In this document: positions 53,531-64,000 of the stretch, one piece after another
Position numbering within the stretch: position 1 is the stretch's first letter
How the letters are laid out: each line of letters starts with the position of its first letter
Source: Octopus vulgaris
Taxonomy: Eukaryota
Assembly (NCBI GenBank): GCA_951406725.2
Contig: OX597817.1
Location: 5,208,001-5,272,000 of the forward strand
Direction of reading: 5' to 3'
DNA: 64,000 bases
Notes under the pieces: generated by a model
The model's input: only the letters and a program-made list of their open reading frames with translations
Databases searched by the model: none
Told to the model about the DNA's origin: nothing
Made by a program: the position numbers and the translations under genes

Positions 53531-53758
53531 GGCGGTGAGCTAGCGGAAACGTTAGCACGCCGGGCGAAATGCTAAGCAGTATTTCGTCAGCCGTTACGTT
53601 CTGAGTTCAAATTCCGCCAAGGTCGACTTTGCGTTTCATCCTTTTGGGGTCGATTAAATAAGTACCAGTTACACACTGGAGTCGATATAATCGACTTAAT
53701 CCGTTTGTCTGTCCTTCTTTGTCCTCTCTGTGTTTAGCCCCATGTGGGCAAAAAAAAA
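53531..53758 (+). mobile_element. Young SINE family A with an ~18-bp TSD
   Basis: ataataaccac(t/c)ttaata at 53512-53529 and 53767-53784. Confidence 0.9.
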
Positions 53759-53865
53759 TTTTTTAAATAATAACCACCTTAATACCTCGAGTCTCCTGCA
53801 CCTAACAATAACAACAAATAATATTCTACACTCACAAAAACCACAATGCTTTAAATGTAGCATGA

Positions 53866-54182
53866 GTATGTATGTATGTATGTATGTATGTATGTATGTA
53901 TGTATGTATGTATGTATGTATGTATGTATGTATGTATGTATGTATGTATGTATGTATGTATGTATGTATGTATGTATGTATGTATGTATGTATGTATGTA
54001 TGTATGTATGTATGTATGTATGTATGTATGTATGTATGTATGTATGTATGTATGTATGTATGTATGTATGTATGTATGTATGTATGTATGTATGTATGTA
54101 TGTATGTATGTATGTATGTATGTATGTATGTATGTATGTATGTATGTATGTATGCATGCATGCATGCATGCATGCATGTATG
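53866..54182. repeat. (ATGT)n microsatellite ending in (ATGC)n
   Basis: Direct reading. Confidence 0.98.
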
Positions 54183-54504
54183 TTTTAGTTTAAAATCGAC
54201 TGTTTGGGTAAGAAATTCGCTTCTACTTTTGAAAAGCATTTTCCGTCATATTACCAGGTGAATCCATACCTGTCGATGCAAAATGGGCTCACTTATATAC
54301 AAATACATATACACTTAAACACATATATCTACATAATAAATAAATGCCTGCACATATGCATTAATGTATGTATGTATGTATGTCACTGTATGAGTGACTA
54401 CCTAATGTCACTGTATGTCACTGTATGTCACCCTCTCAGTGACTACTGTATGTCACTGTAAGTGACTGTATGGGTGACTACTGTATGACTTAGTCACTCA
54501 TACA

Positions 54505-55360
54505 GTGGATGACTAGCAAATGCTTATGAATCGTATTTCTGCTTCTTGCAAGGCATTTGGACATAGCATTATCCTGGACAAGACTACTGTAATGTTCCAA
54601 CCTGCACCAGGAAATCCATGTGGAACTAGTTATCTTGGTTGAAGGGAAAATACAGTAAGTGGTAGATACGTTTGTCTTCCTGGGCAGAATACTCAGCTGT
54701 TCTTGCTCACCGGATGATAAAATATCTTTCAGGCTGCAGAGAGCAACTGATTCCTTCCGGTCTCTTGATCCTCGTTTCTTGTCTCAGCATGGCATCATAA
54801 GATGTGCCGTGCATGTGTATTGGCATCATTCCTTTACTCTTGTGAGACAGGGACCCTTTAGAGGCGTCATGTAAAGGTCCTTGGACGCTTCCATCAGAGA
54901 TGTCTGAGACGAATTCTGAATGTTAGCTGGACCTTGAAAACTCTAGACACACAGAACTTGAGGAAAGCTGTTATCTTGGGTATTGAGATGGTGGGGCACA
55001 AGGACCGGTTACGTTGAACTGGACACCTTATTAGAATGAAGGAAGCAGGATCCCTAAACAGATGCTATATGGGGAAATTGTTAGTGGAAAAACACCCCTG
55101 CAGAAACCAAGGCTGAGATTCAAGGATTGTTTCAAGTCTTAATTGAAGTCCTATGGTAAGTAGGAAACTGACTGGGAGAGCAACGCCTGTCATTTCCACA
55201 GATGGAGGAACCAGGTTAAGGAGGAGCTCGACACCTTTGAAACAGCACATATTCTTCATGAAGAATTTAAGCGTGCTGCTCGAAACGCACTGCTAGCATA
55301 GTGAATGGGGAAAACTTCGTTTGCAATGCCTGCAGTTGTGTATGCAAAATATAAGTTAGT
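54505..55360 (+). mobile_element. Decayed RTE (BovB-like) LINE 3' fragment
   Basis: SCKAFG..I...KT.VMFQPAPG, VVDTFVFLG, FHQRCLRRIL..SW, TGHLIRM, IPKQMLYGKL, C-terminal CNAC..C. Confidence 0.82.
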
Positions 55361-55739
55361 CCTAGAGTACAAAAGTGAACGAGTGGACGAGCATCATGTA
55401 TGAATGTATGCATGCATGTACGTATGTATGCATGTACGTATGTAGCTGTGCGTTTATGTTTTTGTATCATTCTAACAAAAAAAAAACTACAGAAAGAGTA
55501 CCATGTTTAATTATGTACTGGCGTAGCTCTTATCGATTAACTCCCTTCAACGCCGGGTCCTGGCCGCAGCTGAATCACTGAATAAAGTAACAGAATAAAA
55601 CACAATATGAATACACACACATACGTATATTTGTATGCATGTGTGTATGTCTGTGTGTGAGAGAGCGGGAGAGAGAGAGACAGAGTGAGACATAAAGACT
55701 TGTTCTTGCGTGTAACTTGCGATAACATGAACGGCATAC

Positions 55740-55881
55740 ATTCTAATCTACATAGTATTGCTTTAAGCTTCCAGTTTGGTGCCAAATGATACGTCATTGC
55801 TGATAAGTTGCTTAATATATACAAGCTAACAGATGATTCAGACTGGACTGCTGCTGCTGGAACCCCCGGCCAGGGCTTTTG
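55740..55881 (-). CDS. Weak candidate exon
   Basis: Acceptor tttgtag|. Phase-0 frame QKPWPGV..ILCRLE with donor T|gtatgc (phase 1, fits 51656), or phase-2 frame KSPGRGFQQQQ..IY* (fits the 61479 donor). Ambiguous. Confidence 0.28.
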
Positions 55882-56502
55882 CTACAAACATAACTTTAGT
55901 AGAAATATAAAGGAGCGATTCAACCGATTAATGATTTATTCATCATATTATAACAACTACTTTATATTTCAATATTATTTTTATCTCTGATTCATAATTC
56001 GCCACTGGAAATGTATCTGCTCTTATGAAACATCGTGTAGTTTTCAGAAAAATCACCGATTCACAAGATTATACATTTTCCATATCCATGCCGTATTTGC
56101 TTCAAGATTCGTTTGTCCATTTATTTATTTATGTTTCTGTAAGAATCGCACTGCACACACGTTCAACCTGAGCATAATTCTCATCAATCTAGCAACTCTT
56201 GGACGGCCAGGTTGCTTCGTGCTAAGCTTCACCTTTTAAACATGTAGAGAATTGATAAACTAAGCATATTCTATAAAACGTTATTTACAGTTAAAGAATG
56301 ATGTCCTTTTTTTCCCACGATACAGCCAGCATATTCGCCATTATTATTCAGTCATACCCTACATTTGACCAGTGTCTCCCGTGTGAAATTAGTTTAAAAA
56401 ACAAATGAGCAGGAGCATGTATTATATGTCTGTGAGAATGAGTGTGTGTGCGCGAGTGTGTGTGATTGGATGCATGCGCACGTGTGTGTTTGTGCATCTA
56501 TA

Positions 56503-57466
56503 CCGTAAATCCTCGAGTATAATCCGCATTTTCTTCCCAAAACTTTAAAGGTCAAAATCCCTAGTGCATACTATATACGAGGTTAAAATGAAAAATATTT
56601 TCTAAGCAATGCCCGAGTCTCTATTTGCTGGCCGGCAATGTTTATTCTGACGCATTTTGTGATGTCGGGCGCGAAAATACCTTAAGCTAAGCCTGAAAGC
56701 AATGATGTCACAAAAGGATAATCCATAACTTGCAGTAAGCAACATTTATTAAAATAAAAGTATTCAGAACACAGAATAACGTAAGAAAAACAATTTGCAA
56801 ACATATTTACATTCCCATATAACAGTTAAGAACATCACCATTATTGTACTACGCATGCGCAGAACTGTTTGTTCGACTAGGTGCTGCTGGCTTAATTACG
56901 CACGAATTGTGCATAATAGTTTAGTGCTAAATAGTTCATCCTGCTGTTATTATTGGTACTCAGGATGACGTTGTATAGAAAGATGAAATAAATGAAAGAG
57001 AATCTTCTGATGTTGACTATGAATCTGACGATGACGGAGATTTACACTGCAATGATGCTGACATGTTTACAGAGGAACAAACGGAACAGTTATTTGATGC
57101 TGAATGCGACGTTGAAGTTGAAGGATTTGAATAAATATTTTTGCTTTTGTAACTGATATTGATAAATATGTAAGGGCAATTTACTTAATATTTATTTTTC
57201 ACTGACGTTATTACTGTTATTTCTTTATTTTCTGCAAACAAAATGCACAAAAAAGCTACACGTTTGCATTATGTTATATATACAATAACAATAAAGGACG
57301 TTAACGTATAAATTTTTACAAACCAAAGGCGTTATATAGACCTCCTTGACTCAAGTTAGAGAAGGGGTGCGTATTATACACAAGGTTTAGGCTTTTCAGA
57401 GGTAGAGCCCCCTAAAAATCCCCTGCGTATTATATTCAAGGGTGGACTATACTCGAGGATTTACGG
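56503..57466 (+). mobile_element. Non-autonomous pogo/Tigger-type (Tc1/mariner superfamily) DNA transposon
   Basis: TA|ccgtaaatcctcgagtata ... tatactcgaggatttacgg|TA; internal acidic transposase C-terminal remnant ending QLFDAECDVEVEGFE* (about 56960-57134). Confidence 0.9.
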
Positions 57467-58094
57467 TAAATGTCGATGTACCAGGATAAGATCTAGGGAT
57501 CCAAGTGTAGGAAGTTTGCAGGCTACGTATGTTTCTTTGGTAACCGATATTTTTATGCAATAAATAATCAAAGAGAGATACGCAACTTAGCTAGTCATCA
57601 GGCCGAAAATGCCAAAATTAAATGAAGGTTACATTGTCGATTGGAATTACCAACTTAACTCACACTAGATGTAAGTTGAAATGAATCGAAAAAAAAAACA
57701 GAAGGAAAAATTGTTTGAAGAAATAAAACGGACATAAAGTAAGGACGGGAAGGATGAGGTGAAATCTGTCGGATTGGGATTCGCAAAGAGTTGATAAGAA
57801 TGGAGAAAAGGAGAGGAGGAAGAATGAGGGGGAGATAGGAGGGAATAGCCGCTGTCTTTAGGTGGAAAGAATAGCTGTCATGTATGATTAACTGAGATGG
57901 GTGAAAACAAAGACTAGTTGGCTGCTAGGTGTTGATATCTTAGCAGATAATTGACGGCGCTGGTACTACTGAACGTTACACTATATATACACACTCGCAC
58001 CCACGCATTCTCACTTCACACCCATAGTATGAACATACATATATACGCGTGCGGACGCGCCAAACATGCACGTGCATGCGTGTGTGTGTGTGTT

Positions 58095-58239
<145 letters not shown>

Positions 58240-58441
58240 TCCTTTGTTTCGTTAATTTGACTACACCCATGCTGGGGTACCACCAAGAAATTCTTTACTC
58301 GAACGGATCGATCCCATGACATTTTAAGCCTGGTACTTGTTAATGGCTTCTTGCCGAACAGAGACGTAAACACATCAACAGCGGTTGTCATGTCGTGGTG
58401 GCGCGACAAACACAGGATCAAAGACACAAACACACACACAT

Positions 58442-58492
<51 letters not shown>

Positions 58493-58550
58493 TGTATATA
58501 CATATATATGTGAGTATGTATGCATGCGTATGTGTATATTTTTTTTTTTT

Positions 58551-58764
58551 GTACTTGTTTCAGTCATTTGACTGCGGCCATCCTGGAGCACCGCCTTTAG
58601 AGTGGTGAAAGAGTACAGCAGGGATCACCACCTCCTGCCGGAGCCTCGTGGAGCTTTTAGGTGTTTTTTTCGCTCAATAAACACACACAACGCCCGGTCT
58701 GGGAATCGAAACCGCGATCCTCCGACCGCAAGTCCGCTGCCCTAACCACTAGGCCATTGCGCCT
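58551..58764 (-). mobile_element. Chimeric SINE: family C head + family B tail
   Basis: Reverse complement of the 42601-42812 arrangement. Confidence 0.82.
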
Positions 58765-59491
58765 CCATATATATATATGAGGATTTTGATACGAGAACAT
58801 TGAATGGACAGGCTTTATTACAAAGCACTACGACTGTTTCGGTCCATCATTATCAGCGAGTAATTGCAAAACTTTACATATATTATACATAATATTGATT
58901 TGAGTTAAATAGATCCACTTATAGTTGTACACATTAGTATTTCCAGGTAAGTAAGGTCCAGAGCACTGTTAGATTATTTTAAGTTTTTCCTTGTTTTACA
59001 TCAAATCCATTATGTCATTTTAGCTTTCCATTAACAAAAACACGAAAACACAACATGAGAAGAAATGTGAGAAAAAATATATATAAAATTTGATTGCTGT
59101 GAGAATACAAGATAAGGAATCCCGTTATTCATTCCATATTTAACTTAAGAATTATCTCAACTTTAGGGGAAATAAGCGAATGTTATAAAATAATAATATC
59201 ATAAAATGGTAAACTTGAACAATTATTTGCGTCTGTTACCGTTCCACTTCAAAGGAAAACAGACTTATGGTCATATTTTTAGGACAGCCGGAGACCAAAG
59301 CATATTGGCTGTATAGCATTACAGTCGTGGTATATATACATACATACATACATATATACATATATGTGTGTGTGTGCGCGCGCGTTTGTGTATATGTTTA
59401 TATATATATATATATATACATACGCATTTATATATATATTTGTATATGTATACATATGTGTGTATGTATATACATGCAAACACACACACAT

Positions 59492-59539
<48 letters not shown>

Positions 59540-59795
59540 GCATATATATATATGTATATATATATGCATACACACACACATACACACACATATACATACA
59601 CACATACATACATGCATATGTGTGTGTGTGTGCGTGACAATAATTCAAATGAACAGATAAAGACCTTTAATGTATAAAATATATACATGTACCAGTATAC
59701 ATATAAAAAGATTTTGTCCTCGGTAAAGATAACGTTGAGTAAGCTCAAATCATTTAGTGTTTTCTATACCAAGATTCCCTGGTTCTGTGTGTGTA

Positions 59796-60410
59796 AGTAT
59801 GTATGTATGTATGTATGTATGTATGTATGTATGTATGTATGTATGCATGCATGTGTATGTATGTATGTATGTATGTATGTATGTATGTATGTATGTATGT
59901 ATGTATGTATGTATGTATGTACGTACGTATGTATGTATGTATGTATGTATGTATGTATGTATGTACGTATGTATGTACGTATGTATGTATGTATGTAAGT
60001 ATGTATGTACGTACGTACGTATGTATGTATGTATGTATGTATGTATGTATGTATGTACGTATGTATGTATGTATGTATGTATGTATGTACGTATGTATGT
60101 ATGTATGTACGTATGTATGTACGTATGTATGTATGTATGTATGTATGTATGTATGTACGTATGTATGTATGTATGTATGTATGTACGTATGTATGTATGT
60201 ATGTACGTATGTATGTATGTATGTATGTATGTATGTATGTATGTATGTACGTATGTATGTATGTATGTATGTATGTATGTATGTATGTACGTACGTACGT
60301 ATGTATGTATGTATGTATGTATGTATGTATGTATGTATGTATGTATGTACGTATGTATGTATGTATGTATGTATGTATGTATGTATGCATGTATGTATTT
60401 ATGTATGTAT
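59796..60410. repeat. (ATGT)n microsatellite with interspersed ACGT variants
   Basis: Direct reading. Confidence 0.98.
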
Positions 60411-60580
60411 AACGTATCTAAGAAGAGATGACAAGATAATTGGAATGAACGAATAAACGAATTGATAGACGAAAAGAATGGGGGGAAAAAGACGAAACAT
60501 TCGAAAGAAATTCAGAGTAAAAGAAACAAATTTAGAAGCAAATACAGAAAGACGCGTGGAAAGAAAGACATTGTATAAGG

Positions 60581-60636
<56 letters not shown>

Positions 60637-61478
60637 CATAAAGGAAAGAGAGAGAGAGGCAACCTGACAGACAGACAAACAATTAGACAAACGGACAGAC
60701 AGAAATACAGACAGAAAGACAGCCATCTGAATTTCTTTAGGGGAATAAGAATGCTAAAGCGTGATGGTTCTTAATTCCATTGAAAGAAGTTGCAAGAAGC
60801 AAAAAATTAAAACCTAGTGTTATTTCAAGATATTTGATAAACCTACACACATTTCTTCCATGCTAGAAATTTTGAAAATACAATTCTTGCGTCTTCCACA
60901 CGACTTAGAAAGATGGTAGTCAGCAACAGATGCGCCTAGGGCACAAGATTTCTTTCATTTCTTTCATCTTTATATCGACAAATACGGTAAATTTTACCAG
61001 AGTGCTATCCTCAGTTGTCTCCCATTTTTGCCAAATAGTCATTGAAAATATCGTTTATTCTTCCCGTCATAATTATTTTTAATTATATTTGTAATGCCGC
61101 CTATATTAAGAATTTCAGTACTAATGTAATCATTAACTGTTTAATTATTATTGTTGTTCGAGCCCAAGGTCAGCCGTGATTGACAAGACTTGTCCGTTAA
61201 AAGTCATTGGTTCATATGGTATTGGAAGAAGTAATAATCGGAAAATAGCAGGGTCGTTAAAGATGGATTCAATGCATCACGCGTTTTGTTCAGTCTTTCA
61301 GTGTTGAGAGTTCAAATGCCATCCAAATCACCTTTGACTTTTATCCTTTCAATGTTAATGAACCAAAGGCAAATCCGGGCACGGAGGCGTTGCCGCACTT
61401 TGGAAACATCGAAACGGATATCTTAAGGTGTTTGTTCCGAGTCTTAGCACTCTGAGTATAAATCTCGCCATGGCTTAC

Positions 61479-61656
61479 ACAGGTGGTAGATTTGACACAT
61501 CACCAAGTTTAACGCCACCATTTAGCAGTTTCTGTGGGTTTAACGGAGCCCACTCTGCTGCAAGTCTTCGAGTCAGGACACTTGTTTCAAAACTGCCTCC
61601 TACCCAATAGTCTTGGGTGCCTTGTAAGGTGTCATGAGTTCTGCCTTCCCTCCTGA
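61479..61656 (-). CDS. Candidate internal coding exon (phase 1 to 2) of an unidentified gene
   Basis: Acceptor ttttttttgtcttttag|, donor TGT|gtaagc, only one open frame: RREGRTHDTLQGTQDYWVGGSFETSVLTRRLAAEWAPLNPQKLLNGGVKLGDVSNLPP; GC elevated over flanks. Confidence 0.58.
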
Positions 61657-63554
61657 CTAAAAGACAAAAAAAAAAGTTACTAACAGCAATAGCGGTAGGC
61701 GTATATGATGGACAGTTTGCTGCTATTTTCAGCATATTAAGCAGCATAAGTTCATGCGCGTTTGTCAGTTTGTGATGGCTAGTTTATATAGTTATTGGTT
61801 CAGTTTTCCTGTTCTATGTCCATTGTAATGAAATAGACGGGCGTGGAACGATTTATACACACGCTCCCTTGTGGATAAATAGTTCCGTGCTCTAACATGA
61901 AACAAACACACGCACCCACTCAGACACATACACATTAATTCTCGAATATTCATGCGAACGTAGTTACATACCTCCACAAATACCACAACCACCATCACTA
62001 GCATCAACACTACAAATGCCAACATTATTATTTACATAAAAGGAAGGACACATTGGAGTGTATAATCCTAGATACACTACATCTGAAATAAAAGATGTTT
62101 ACAGCTTGAACGAAATTTTCGAGTGCTGCAGGATCAAGTTTAATTTATTGCTAAATTATAACAAGAATAGAATTACAGTGAACTTTGTTATCTACACCAA
62201 CACCATTATACCTGCAAATAAACACAAACACTACTACCACCACACAACATTGCTACTACCACTGCCATCATAGTCACCACCAACGTCAATGTAAGTGCAT
62301 AGTATAGTTCTCAACACCAAGACTTATGCCATTAAGAAACACCAGCACGTCCACAACAGCACTAGCGTACTCTGAATATTTTAATGTTAAAATGCAGGAC
62401 AGTCTGAGAAAACAATATCTCTATTGTTACTCTCAGGCACACTCACACACATACATCTATATACATATGTAAAATGCACAGTCATACACAGACAAAAAGT
62501 AACGAATTCAAATTGAGATACACTCATAGACATGCTTTCATATGTAAATACACGTAATCATACTCCTCTATCTATGACTGTATATATGTATATATATTAT
62601 GTGTGTATTTGTGTTTGTAAAGCGTGTAAACATACATGCATAAGTATATACTAGGATATGCACTGGGAAGATTTCTCCCTGGATAACTGCAAAGCAAGTG
62701 AATCTTATTTGTGCATTTATCGCAGTAATTAATTTGTATTACTAAAGTTATAATTGATTTGCGCTGTCTTACTTGATCTTTGATGATTTGCATTACGAAT
62801 TTTTGCATATGTGTACACACACACACACACACACATACGATATATACAAAAAATATAAGTTATTCGGAGATAAAACTAAATTTACAAAGATTAAGAAACA
62901 AAAATCAATGATAAGTAAATCAATTATATGTTATAGTTAAACAAATTAATTACTACAATAATTGCACAAATAAGGTTTCCTTACTTTCAACGTATTGAAG
63001 AATTCATCCCAGTATATATATATATATATATACAAGATATGATAAAAACGCATAAGAAAACTAATCCTTTCTACACACACATAATATCTCAAATAAATAT
63101 ACTTATTCATTTAGTCGCCAAACAAATAGCATTATCAAAAAATATACACAAATGAAAGGCGCTATCTGGCCATCAGAAGATTTTTTATAGATTTATATTA
63201 AATTCCTCACAAATTAGATGACTAAGCATGGAAACCATTCTCATGTTGCAATACAAAGCTAAAATAAACACACAAGCTCAGACATTTAAAAATTAACTTG
63301 TGACTGCTGACGTGTAAAGCTAAGAGCTAAAGCATTTTTGTTAGAGGTAAAATCTACAAACGAAACACAGAAGTGAAATGTATCTCATATCCTCATGATG
63401 CAACTGTGGAAGTCTAGAAACGTTGTTTATGGATCTAGGAACATTATACTTCCAAGCAAAGGACAAAAAATTGATAGAGAAATAAGAAAATTCTTTAATT
63501 CAAACAAAATAAAACTGCAACGTATTCATGTTGAAAATATATACATACATACAG

Positions 63555-63878
63555 GGTTGATAAAATAAGTACCAGCTAAGCACTGAGGACGATGTAATCG
63601 TCTTACCCACAACCTCCCTCAACCTGCTGGCCTTGTGTCAAAATTAGAAACCAATATATAAATACATGAAGGTAGGGAACTTGCATAATCGTCAGCACGC
63701 CAGGCGAAATGCTTACCGGCATTTCGTCCGTCCTTACGTTGAGTTCAAATTCCGCCCAGGTCAACTGCTTTTCATCCTTTTGGGGTCGATAAAATATGTA
63801 TCAGTTGATCACTGGAATCGATTTAATCGATTTAGCACCTTCCTCGAAGTGGCTGGCCTGGTGTTAAAATTAGAAACC
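63555..63878 (+). mobile_element. Two older SINE family A copies with the ancestral-type tail
   Basis: gataaaataagtaccag..ggccttgtgtcaaaattagaaacc; gagttcaaattccgcc..catccttttggggtcgataaa. Confidence 0.75.
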
Positions 63879-64000
63879 TATATATATATACATACATGTA
63901 AAATCACACACATGTGCGTGCATGGGAAGTTACAGATAAGATAGGATTAGGATGATGGCAGGATACAAGGAAATCCATAGAAATTAATGCATGTAGTGAG

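Overview
AT-rich, microsatellite-dense animal genomic DNA. The SINE families and the repeat landscape point to an octopus (inference). Most short ORFs in the track are microsatellite artefacts. Main content: (1) an intact 1091-aa HERO-type (R2 group, REL endonuclease) non-LTR retrotransposon at about 2241-5848, sitting in a (TA)n tract, whose 3' UTR holds all hammerhead core motifs in a reversed, non-circular order; (2) a decayed Penelope-like element and several hammerhead remnants, including an inverted pair with reciprocal deletions; (3) a 5'-truncated CR1-group LINE, RTE fragments, R4/Dong 3' fragments, and two Tx1-like 3' ends sitting in (GATA)n and (GTC)n; (4) many tRNA-derived SINEs, one young subfamily carrying a tail homologous to those Tx1 3' UTRs and forming a phased head-to-tail array; (5) a non-autonomous Helitron, a pogo/Tigger-type element, two MITEs and an intron-containing tRNA-Leu(CAA) pseudogene; (6) several candidate minus-strand exons of unidentified host gene(s). 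SINE and fragment boundaries are approximate.
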